A DNA stretch of 64,000 bases, taken from positions 248,001-312,000 of the IMG/VR virus record IMGVR_UViG_3300028666_000022; one strand, given 5' to 3'. Under the pieces are notes generated by a model. It saw nothing but the letters and a program-made list of their open reading frames with translations. It was not told where the DNA came from and ran no database searches. Positions 47,796 through 56,638 of this stretch are shown piece after piece; position 1 is the first letter of the stretch; every line of letters begins with the position of its first letter. A program made the translations under genes and the position numbers.

Positions 47796-49686
47796 CAAAA
47801 CAATACTATTATTTTTAGATACTAATGATATTGAAACATTAGAAAAGGGTGATTTAAAAAAAATAAAAGATGATTATCTGCTTATATATGATAATTGTGT
47901 TATTTTTAGTTATTTCGATATAAAATATCATAAAAATATAATTAAAGATAAAATAAATAAATTGAAGTTTATTAAGCAAACTAAAATAAATGCAAGAGAA
48001 TGTAATATTGTAAAAATAGACAACGTTGAAAAAAATAAATTTTTGAATGAAAATCATCTTCAAGAAACCGATAGATCTCAAATATTTTATGGAGCATATT
48101 ATAATAATGAATTACTTGCTGTTATGACATTTGATAATTCAAGAAAAATGAATGGTGGTGTTGAAAAAGATGAAAATGAATATGATTTATCAAGATTTGC
48201 AATTAAAATGGGTTATATTATTGTTGGTGTATTTAATAAGATGCTAATGACATTTATTAATGATTATTCGCCAAATAAAATTATAACATTTGCTGATTTA
48301 GATTTGGTTAATAGAGAAAATAATATTTATTTACACAATAATTTTAAATTATGTAAAGTAATTAACCCTGATTTTAGAATATATTTAAAAAATAAAAATA
48401 ATATCTTTCATAAATTTACTTATGGTAATAAGTTTATGAAAGATGGTAAAATTTCTGACGAAAAGAAAGAAGATGTAAGAGAAAATATGATAAAATTATG
48501 GAACTGTGGAAAAATAAAATATGAATTATTAATAATTAACAAAAAAATAATATATGGTTTTATTTACATAATAAAAAATAAAACTAATGGTAAAATATAT
48601 ATTGGTCAAACAACTAGAAGTTTTACTAGAAGATTATGGGAATATAGAAGCGCATATAAATATAATAATTTTCACAATCAATATCTTGCTAATGCATTCA
48701 ATAAATATGGTTGGGATAATTTTGAAATTTCTGTTATAGATAATGCATTAACTGTTGAAGAATTAAATGAAAAAGAAATCAATTACATTAACAAATATAA
48801 TTCAAATAATAGAGAATTTGGATATAATTTAGAGGCAGGTGGTAATAATTCTCTTCCTAGTTCAGAAACACTTGAAAAAATGTCAATTTCGCATCAAGGT
48901 GTTGTTCAAAGTGATGAATGGGTTGAAAAGAGAATTGCTAAAGCTGGTACTGAAGATGCAAAGAAATATGGAAAAGCTAAAACAGAAGAAGAAAAATTAA
49001 AATTAAGTTTAACCTCAACTAAATTTTGGGAAGGAAAAACCAGAGACGAAGAAACTAGAAGAAAGATAAGTGAAACAAAAAAGAAAAATGGGTTATCGGA
49101 AAAACAAAAAGAATTATCATGTGTACGTGTTTGTAAAGTAAATTCAAAAACTAATGAGATTGTAGAAACATTTGAATCAGTATCGGAAACTGCTAGACGT
49201 GAAAATACTAGTCAGGCAACTATCATTAGAAGATGTTCTGGTGAAACAAAAAATGTTGGCGATTATTTTTATTATTATGAATCAGATTTTTCGAATAATA
49301 TTGTAAGAGAATTTAAATCAACCGAACGCAAAAGTTTGAATAATTTTACTGAAGAAGAATTACATAAAATTTATAATGAACACATTAATGATGGAGTTTC
49401 AGTTAGAGAATTATGTACTAAATATAATCTAATTTATAGTACTCTTTCTAATTATATCAGTAAAAAAAGAAATCCACTTAATTTAGATTCTAAATATTGG
49501 GCTGTTTGTAAGAAAACCAATAAAAAATTTGAAGATTATTTAAATAAATCTGGAGTATTAACAAGACATATTCAAGAAATATATGCTGAAGAGAATTTAG
49601 AATCAAAATTTTCACGAAAGAAAATTGAATTAGAATCTGGACACTTTTGGTACGCTAGATTTTTTGATTTTATTGAAATTAAATAA
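47776..49686 (+). CDS. Chimeric endonuclease: degenerate nuclease/GNAT-like domain fused to GIY-YIG + NUMOD3-like + HTH + AVCKKT module
   Basis: ARECNI...FLNENHLQ...AVMTF...LSRFA...TFAD...WNCG, then GFIYIIKNKTNGKIYIGQT...LNEKEINYI...GYNLEAGG. Confidence 0.75.
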   Translation: MKKLIYNKTILLFLDTNDIETLEKGDLKKIKDDYLLIYDNCVIFSYFDIKYHKNIIKDKINKLKFIKQTKINARECNIVKIDNVEKNKFLNENHLQETDRSQIFYGAYYNNELLAVMTFDNSRKMNGGVEKDENEYDLSRFAIKMGYIIVGVFNKMLMTFINDYSPNKIITFADLDLVNRENNIYLHNNFKLCKVINPDFRIYLKNKNNIFHKFTYGNKFMKDGKISDEKKEDVRENMIKLWNCGKIKYELLIINKKIIYGFIYIIKNKTNGKIYIGQTTRSFTRRLWEYRSAYKYNNFHNQYLANAFNKYGWDNFEISVIDNALTVEELNEKEINYINKYNSNNREFGYNLEAGGNNSLPSSETLEKMSISHQGVVQSDEWVEKRIAKAGTEDAKKYGKAKTEEEKLKLSLTSTKFWEGKTRDEETRRKISETKKKNGLSEKQKELSCVRVCKVNSKTNEIVETFESVSETARRENTSQATIIRRCSGETKNVGDYFYYYESDFSNNIVREFKSTERKSLNNFTEEELHKIYNEHINDGVSVRELCTKYNLIYSTLSNYISKKRNPLNLDSKYWAVCKKTNKKFEDYLNKSGVLTRHIQEIYAEENLESKFSRKKIELESGHFWYARFFDFIEIK

Positions 49687-49961
49687 ATTTAATATTGGGG
49701 TTTAATTAAATAAAATAAATACATGATTAAAGATTAACTAGTTTATATATGTGGTTACTTTTTAATCTCTATGAAGTCAAAAAACTTAGCATACCAGAAA
49801 TGACCAGTTTCTAACTCAATTTTCTTTCTAAGGTATTTTGATTCTAAATTCTCTTCAGGATATGTTTCTTGAATATGTCTTGTCAATACTCCAGATTTAT
49901 TTAAATAATCTTCAAATTTTTTATTGGTTTTCTTGCAAACAGCAATATAATTAGAATCTAA
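49483..49961. repeat. 201-bp inverted repeat (49483-49683 / 49761-49961), 175/201 identical, 77-nt spacer
   Basis: Hand alignment of the 3' ends of the two convergent endonuclease genes; includes an exact 50-bp core (49510-59 / 49885-934). Confidence 0.9.
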
Positions 49962-51164
49962 GTCAAGTACATTTTCTTTTTTATTTTTCTTTTCAATATA
50001 TGATAATAATATTGAAAATCTTATTGAATATTTTTTAGATAATTCTCTTATTGATATAAGAGAATTCATGTGTTCATTATACATATCTAATAATTCATTA
50101 TCTGTAAATTCTTCTAATTTTTTAAATATATTAGATTTGAAATCTTTTAATTCGTTATTTAGAAAATCACATTCATAACACCAATAATATTCACCTTTAT
50201 TTTTTGATATACCTAAACATTTTCTTAATATTGCTTCATATGATAAATTATCTGAATTTAATCTACCAGCATCCGCTAATGATTTAAATTTTTCTACAAT
50301 TTCATTATTTTTATTAATTTTTAAAACTGGTTTAGATACTTTATTTATTCTTTTCTCAATCCATTCTTTATTTTGTTTAATATCTTTTCTTGCTAAAGAT
50401 AATTTTAATTTTGTTTCTAAACTAGCAAGAGAGTTTTTACCACCATTTTCAATATTATAACCAAATTCTCTAATATTTGATTTATATTTATTAATATAAT
50501 TGATTTCTTTTTCATTTAGTTCATCAATATTTGTTGCATAATCAATGATATTGAACTCAAAATTATTTAAATTATGTTTATTAAATGCATGATATAGTAT
50601 ATGATCTTCATTATTTTTTGCTTTTAATATATGTTCATATAATCTGTCTTTCACTCTTATACTTTGACCGACATATTTCTTATTATTTAGTTTATTGATT
50701 ATTAGATAAATATGTCCGAATTCATCTAAAGTAATATCTAATTTAATATTTACATTAATATTATGTTTTTTCATTACCCAAATATTTGTTTTTTCTGAAG
50801 ATGATGTTAAATTATTATTAAAATCATAATTATAACCAAATTCTTCAATATTTGATTTATAAATGTTAGTATGAACAATTTTTTTCAAATCTAACTCACT
50901 AATATTTGATGCACTATCAATGATAGCAAACTCAAAATTATTAATCCCATATTCATTAAATGCATCACATATTGGATGATTTTCACCATTATTTGCTCTT
51001 CGTATATGTTCGCCAAATCTCTTTCTAACTTGAGTACTTTGTCCAACATATTTTTTATTGTTTATTTTATTTGTAAGTAAATAAATATGTCCAAATTCAT
51101 TCATGATTATATTTTTACTAACATTTACTATGATTTCATGTTTTTCAATTAACCAAGTTTCCAT
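49755..51164 (-). CDS. Tandem double GIY-YIG endonuclease + HTH + AVCKKT module
   Basis: Two GHIYL..NK.NNKKYVGQS domains; the second has LNEKEINYI, the first lacks that Glu. Confidence 0.8.
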   Translation of the reverse strand: METWLIEKHEIIVNVSKNIIMNEFGHIYLLTNKINNKKYVGQSTQVRKRFGEHIRRANNGENHPICDAFNEYGINNFEFAIIDSASNISELDLKKIVHTNIYKSNIEEFGYNYDFNNNLTSSSEKTNIWVMKKHNINVNIKLDITLDEFGHIYLIINKLNNKKYVGQSIRVKDRLYEHILKAKNNEDHILYHAFNKHNLNNFEFNIIDYATNIDELNEKEINYINKYKSNIREFGYNIENGGKNSLASLETKLKLSLARKDIKQNKEWIEKRINKVSKPVLKINKNNEIVEKFKSLADAGRLNSDNLSYEAILRKCLGISKNKGEYYWCYECDFLNNELKDFKSNIFKKLEEFTDNELLDMYNEHMNSLISIRELSKKYSIRFSILLSYIEKKNKKENVLDLDSNYIAVCKKTNKKFEDYLNKSGVLTRHIQETYPEENLESKYLRKKIELETGHFWYAKFFDFIEIKK

Positions 51165-51223
51165 ATAAAATATTTTTAGTAAAATTACTAATTATTATTT
51201 AATAATAAAAGAAATAAAATAAA

Positions 51224-51247
51224 AAAGAGTGGAAAATTCCACTCTTT
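51224..51247 (-). terminator. Intrinsic terminator after the major capsid gene
   Basis: AAAGAGTGGAA / TTCCACTCTTT inverted repeat followed by a U-tract on the - strand. Confidence 0.8.
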
Positions 51248-51271
51248 AATTAAAGATTATATTTTTTTGTC

Positions 51272-52945
51272 TTATGATAAGTCACCAATACCAAAAGTAG
51301 TTAAACCATCGCAATATATACGGCCAAAATAACGATTTAACACCATTTTCTTAGCGTACCTAGTCATTATCCCGCGAATTGGGCTAAAATCAAACGGGTT
51401 ATACATCACAGGTGTTAGCTGTAATGGCACGTACGGAGCATATATGTAACCGGTCTCAAGTATGCTAGTACCTTTATGTCCAATTAACACCGTATTAGCA
51501 GGTGAATATGGATCACGGTATACTATATAACGTCCACTTAAAGTACCAATTTTCTCAATACCCATGTTATACTTATCCTGTTCAGGACTTGCATTACTAA
51601 CGTGGAAATATTCAAGGTCATCAAATACAGCACTAACTTCAGGAGAAACTACTATCCAAGAAGCACCACCACGAAGGGTTGCTTTATGAATCTGAGCAGA
51701 AATCTGATTGATTTTAGTAACTAGAGTTTGATTCCAGTCTTTCTGTGTTCCGTAATAAGCTGTAGATTGTCTACGTAAACCATTATAGTCCCAACGACTT
51801 GTCCAAGCAGCACCTCTACGAAGATCACGAAGAATTTCACGGTCAATTTCAGCAGCCATTTGTTCAGATAACAAAGCAGTTAATTCAGCTTCGGCATCGA
51901 TATTATGGAAAGCAGAAACGTCTTGTGCTAATTCAGGAGTCCACTGAGCACGCATTTTACGAGTTTCAACACTAACAGTAACTTGATCAAGTACGAATGT
52001 TACTTCTGCCATTCTTGAATCTTCTTCAAGGTCAGAATAAACACTATAACGATACCTAAAAGTAGGAGTTGTAGCAGCACTCATTGCATTATAACCATCA
52101 GTACCAGCATAAGTAAGATCAACAACAACAGTTAATTTTCCAGTAGCATCAACAATTGCTTGTCCGTACTTCTGTACTTTAACGTTGAAAGGAAGAGGAT
52201 TACCTGCAGTGATACCTTCTGTTGAAAATGGAGAAGGAGCAACAAAATTAACACTAGAAGAAATTTTCAAACTAGCTAAAAAAGATTCTGTATCCATAGG
52301 AACTCCAGTAGGACCAACTAATTTACCTTCATAAGTAGTAGAAAAACCACTAATAACTAAGGTTAATGATTTGTCAGCAGCAGTATAAGCATAAGGACTT
52401 TGAGCACAAGTACCTGAAGTAATTGTAAGTTCACCTTTAGACCTATCAAATAATGAAGTACCTTCATCGTCATATGATTTAGCATAGAATGCATCATATA
52501 AAGATTGGCTTTCAAACTGAGTTTTAGCTGAAGCAGCAGTAGAAGCAGCATTTGCATAAGCACCATCAGGTGAATAATTGTCAAATTGACTAGCAGTTGT
52601 TTGTTTCCTTGAGCTTGCTTTAGGATTGATGTAATATAACTTACCAATAGGTAAATTCAATGCTTGAACCGATACGATGTCATTAGCTAAAAGTTTAGCA
52701 AATACCCTACGTATTACAGGAAAAGCAACTGTTTCAAACTGACCACTAGATGCAGATTCAGTTGATTCATTAATCATGTGGCTTAGTTGGTTTTCGAATA
52801 ACTGTGCGCAGTTTTCTTTTACGTTACCTTCAAGGCCTTCTAACAAACCAATTTTTTCCCAACGGTTTGTAGTTATTTCTCTTTGTTCGCGAAGTTGTTT
52901 TAATCCAATATTGCCAACTTCGGCACTTTCCATTAAAAATCCCAT
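51272..52945 (-). CDS. gp23: Major capsid protein (T4 gp23-like)
   Basis: P.IRR.F..L.A.DIVSVQ.L..P.G, RKMRAQWTPELAQD..AFHNIDAEAEL, YAPYVPL, P..G.MTRY. Confidence 0.96.
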   Translation of the reverse strand: MGFLMESAEVGNIGLKQLREQREITTNRWEKIGLLEGLEGNVKENCAQLFENQLSHMINESTESASSGQFETVAFPVIRRVFAKLLANDIVSVQALNLPIGKLYYINPKASSRKQTTASQFDNYSPDGAYANAASTAASAKTQFESQSLYDAFYAKSYDDEGTSLFDRSKGELTITSGTCAQSPYAYTAADKSLTLVISGFSTTYEGKLVGPTGVPMDTESFLASLKISSSVNFVAPSPFSTEGITAGNPLPFNVKVQKYGQAIVDATGKLTVVVDLTYAGTDGYNAMSAATTPTFRYRYSVYSDLEEDSRMAEVTFVLDQVTVSVETRKMRAQWTPELAQDVSAFHNIDAEAELTALLSEQMAAEIDREILRDLRRGAAWTSRWDYNGLRRQSTAYYGTQKDWNQTLVTKINQISAQIHKATLRGGASWIVVSPEVSAVFDDLEYFHVSNASPEQDKYNMGIEKIGTLSGRYIVYRDPYSPANTVLIGHKGTSILETGYIYAPYVPLQLTPVMYNPFDFSPIRGIMTRYAKKMVLNRYFGRIYCDGLTTFGIGDLS

Positions 52946-52962
52946 TTTATTAAAATTTATTT

Positions 52963-54510
52963 TTATGATTTAATTATTTTTTTACCTCCGTTTTCTACGT
53001 ATTCGATAATCTTTCTCATTCTATTCATATGATCATTATCGGCGTAGGCAGTTTTTTCAATTACTTCATCAAGTTTATGTTTTGAAGATGGTTGTATAGA
53101 GGTGCTTACTTTATCTTCAAGACTTTCAGAAATTGTTTTCCTATTTTCTTTCATTTCTGTTAGAAAAGATTTATACTTTTTCTGTGAATCGGTAATACTA
53201 TCAACTTGTTTAAATTCGTTGATAATTTTTATTTTATCCTCTTGGGTCAGAGCTAATTCTTCGTTTACCAAAAGATTATTGACGTGAGCCAAATTGGTAT
53301 TAAAGACAGCCATTTCCTTCAATTGATTGCGATATTTTTCAAGTGCGGTTTTATAATTTTCAAGCAAACCACTGACAGTACCTTTATAAGATTTAACTTC
53401 GTTTAATTTTTTTGTTAAGTTTTTATTTTCCTTAATTAAACCGTTAATTTTTTTCTGTGATTCTTGAACATATGGAGAATGATTTTTTTCACCCTGACTC
53501 AAATAATCTTCACCCGGTAATTCTCTACCTGACATTTTTCTACGTGAACTATAAGACAATCCATGTGCTTCATCAACATCGTTTGCTTCGCCTTTTCCTA
53601 ATACTGATTCAATATCAGCATCAGTAATTGGTTCTTCATCTATTAAATTACTATCGTATTCGCCTTTATGCATTTTATCCAAAGGAAAGTTACCACCATG
53701 CATTTCGTCAACTGATTTTTCATCGATAAGATTAGAATCATATTCACCCTTATGCATTTTATCTAATGGGAAATTGCCACCATGCATTTCATCAACATTT
53801 TCATTATCGAGAGATTTAATAACCTCATCGATTTTGTTTTTCATGTTAATTAATTCATTATATGCAATTCCTTTGTTTCCCTTTTCCATGTATGATGGTG
53901 AATTTGCGTTAATACCCTTAAGTTCTTCTTCAAGACCTTCCATTTCTGAAATTTCTTTTTCGATTGCTTCCATCGTGAGTACTTCGTCATTTTCATCAGC
54001 ATTTTCTAATGCAGAACCTACACTCTTCATATCCAATTCTGTTATATCGAATTCTTCGGTTTGAAGTGGTTTTTTTAGTTTTTTATCGAAAGGTTTACCA
54101 TCACCAACTACTTCTTCAATAGCTTCTGGTTTTTTTACCTTTTTATCAAAGGGTTTACCTTCTCCGGCGGTTTCTTCAACCTTTTCCACTTTTTTTGCTT
54201 TTTCGTTGAAGGGTTTTCCTTCTCCAGCATTTTCTTCGACTTTCTTAGTCTCTTTTGTTTGATTCTTCATAACAGATTCTTCTTTATTTGTTTCAGCATC
54301 ATCTAAATCTTTAGATTCTTTATCTTTATCCAATTTTTTGTAGGATTCTTTTGCCGATTTATTTTTATTTATTTCTTCTTTTAGAATATTATTAAACTTT
54401 TCTGGAAATTCTTCTGCTAATTTTTTCTTAGCATTAGCTTCAGCAGCTTCAACTATTTCTTTATAATCAGTTAGAGCTTCCTTTAATATTGACTTTTTAT
54501 CTTCTTTCAT
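52963..54510 (-). CDS. Prohead scaffold/core protein (gp22-like) with internal repeats
   Basis: Glu/Lys-rich coiled coil between protease and capsid genes; three GKPF repeats and a duplicated 26-aa block. Confidence 0.75.
   Translation of the reverse strand: MKEDKKSILKEALTDYKEIVEAAEANAKKKLAEEFPEKFNNILKEEINKNKSAKESYKKLDKDKESKDLDDAETNKEESVMKNQTKETKKVEENAGEGKPFNEKAKKVEKVEETAGEGKPFDKKVKKPEAIEEVVGDGKPFDKKLKKPLQTEEFDITELDMKSVGSALENADENDEVLTMEAIEKEISEMEGLEEELKGINANSPSYMEKGNKGIAYNELINMKNKIDEVIKSLDNENVDEMHGGNFPLDKMHKGEYDSNLIDEKSVDEMHGGNFPLDKMHKGEYDSNLIDEEPITDADIESVLGKGEANDVDEAHGLSYSSRRKMSGRELPGEDYLSQGEKNHSPYVQESQKKINGLIKENKNLTKKLNEVKSYKGTVSGLLENYKTALEKYRNQLKEMAVFNTNLAHVNNLLVNEELALTQEDKIKIINEFKQVDSITDSQKKYKSFLTEMKENRKTISESLEDKVSTSIQPSSKHKLDEVIEKTAYADNDHMNRMRKIIEYVENGGKKIIKS
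53635..53796 (-). repeat. Tandem 78-bp coding repeat, protein-identical, 14 nt differences all synonymous
   Basis: 53635-53712 vs 53719-53796, codon-by-codon comparison. Confidence 0.92.
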
Positions 54511-54636
54511 TTTATTAAATTCTTGTAACTAATAATCTAATTTTTATATAAATACATCTGCTTTGCGAAAAAGTATAAAAAATAATAAAATTTCTTGTTT
54601 TATTAAAAATTTATACTTATATTCTCACCATTATTT

Positions 54637-56544
54637 TTATAGTAAAAACTTATCTATTGCAGATGATAATTTATTATCTTCTTCTTTTAAATAAACACCA
54701 TTTTTATTTACATAACTTTCTTCAAAACTAAAATTTCCTTTATTTGGAAATAAATATGCTCCGGGAGTACTTGGTGTAGAAACTAAATCAAATGCTATTA
54801 ATTCAAAATCATTTTGAACATAATTTTCACCTTGTATTTCTTTTAATGTTCCAACTCCCCTTGATGATATTCCAATTCTGATTTTGTTTTGTAGATATAA
54901 AACTATTTTATCACCAATGACTGAAACAACACCATACTTAATATAACCGGGAGATACAATTATTTTTAATTGACCAAACAAAACATTTTCTTCTTTACCT
55001 TTTCCCCACCACATTTTTGTTATTAAATGTGATATGTTTTGTAAGGAAACTACAGATGAATTACCAGTCCAATGTGCTTTACCATTTACTTTAACTAAGA
55101 AATTACCATTTTTAACTCTAACACAAGCAATGTTATCATTAAAATCAATTTCAGTAACTTTAATAAATCTTTTATCTAAATAAATGTGTTTAGTTTTTGA
55201 TATGTTTAAATTATATTGTATTTGACTATTCTCTGCTTTAATCAATCTATTTGTTTCGAGAGTTTCATTAATATATTCAATTGTACCATCAGATAAAACA
55301 ACTTCTTTTTTTACTATTTTTTTATCGATAATATTTCTATCTTTGGGTTGATATGTTGTAATTGTACCACTACTACCAGTTTTAATTAAGATCTCATGTA
55401 AATCTTCAATTAGTTGTCTTGATGTTGAAAAAACAGATTTTTTATTATTTAGTTTTCCATTTTTTTCAACATAATCAATGTTCCTGCCATCACCCAACCA
55501 GAACCAATGAAATAATATTTTTAATAAATCCGAAGATGCTTGTTTTAATTCTATTGGAATATATTTATTATGTGAATGTCCTAATATATATAGATAATTA
55601 TATAATCTAGCATCATTAATATGATATTGACATTTACCATCATCATGCTCGTCTTTCCAAAATTTAAATGGTAATTTTTTTAATAAATTTTCAATAAGAA
55701 TCTTTTTTTCTTTATTTTTTTGTGTTATAATAACACTATAACCACTTAATTTATATTGATTTGATTTAGCACCAGTACTATGACCTTCAGCTAAATATAT
55801 TCCCATAAAAGCAAACCAATCTTCTGATTTAATTTTTATTGGTGTAGTATAACGTTCAATTAAATCATGTTTTGAATTAAAACTTAACGTATTCTTATCT
55901 ACTCCTTCTAAAGTAAAATATTCATTATAATTACCTTGCCATTCAGCAGTTTTTAATATTTTATATTTTCCTGATGAAAGAACATTGTTTAGATTATTAT
56001 AAATATCTTTAGCATAATAATATTCTCTTTTGCCTTTAGAGTTTTCTATTAAAAATCTATGATTTTCTGTTACAGTTAAATCGATTGAATTACTTAAAAA
56101 TTTATACATTTTACCTTGATATGGTGTATATATTTTTTTATCTATTTTTTGAATTTCAATTTGATTAGTTTCTGTATTAAGTGTTAATATTTCTTCATTC
56201 TCTGAAATATCTTTAAACCATTTCCATCCATCTTTAGTGCATATTTTAGATTCTGAAGCATTCACGCAATCTGGATGATCAGCTTCATTTACAGCACAAT
56301 TAGTATCAATTAGTTTTTGATATTCTATAACTTGAGGAACTAAAACATCTTTTGGATAAATTCTACCATTTTTATTTTTCACACCCCATTTTTGAAGTAT
56401 GCAATCTATTAAGACTGGTTCATTAGGTTTAAGTTCAAAACCTTCTTTAATTAATTGTGGATTTAAGTCTGAAGTAATAAAACCTGAATCCGACTCAATA
56501 AGAATTCCAAAACCCGTCTCATTTGCTTTTAATATATTGCCCAT
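54637..56544 (-). CDS. gp21: Prohead core protease (T4 gp21-like) with intein
   Basis: KNKNGRIYP, EADHPD|SSVVSLQNISH, IGISSRGVG, FDLVSTPSTPGA; spliced length 232 aa. Confidence 0.92.
   Translation of the reverse strand: MGNILKANETGFGILIESDSGFITSDLNPQLIKEGFELKPNEPVLIDCILQKWGVKNKNGRIYPKDVLVPQVIEYQKLIDTNCAVNEADHPDCVNASESKICTKDGWKWFKDISENEEILTLNTETNQIEIQKIDKKIYTPYQGKMYKFLSNSIDLTVTENHRFLIENSKGKREYYYAKDIYNNLNNVLSSGKYKILKTAEWQGNYNEYFTLEGVDKNTLSFNSKHDLIERYTTPIKIKSEDWFAFMGIYLAEGHSTGAKSNQYKLSGYSVIITQKNKEKKILIENLLKKLPFKFWKDEHDDGKCQYHINDARLYNYLYILGHSHNKYIPIELKQASSDLLKILFHWFWLGDGRNIDYVEKNGKLNNKKSVFSTSRQLIEDLHEILIKTGSSGTITTYQPKDRNIIDKKIVKKEVVLSDGTIEYINETLETNRLIKAENSQIQYNLNISKTKHIYLDKRFIKVTEIDFNDNIACVRVKNGNFLVKVNGKAHWTGNSSVVSLQNISHLITKMWWGKGKEENVLFGQLKIIVSPGYIKYGVVSVIGDKIVLYLQNKIRIGISSRGVGTLKEIQGENYVQNDFELIAFDLVSTPSTPGAYLFPNKGNFSFEESYVNKNGVYLKEEDNKLSSAIDKFLL
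55060..56268 (-). mobile_element. Intein (403 aa) with LAGLIDADG endonuclease; ends Gly-Asn, +1 Ser
   Basis: CVNASESKICTKDGWK, VTENHRF block B, GIYLAEG / FWLGDG, CVRVKNGNFLV...WTGN/S. Confidence 0.9.
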
Positions 56545-56638
56545 GTGAAAATATTTTAATATAAATAGTTTATAATATCAATTATTTTTCTTAAATTTAG
56601 GTTTCAGATAATAATGTATTTATGATAAATATTCTTGA

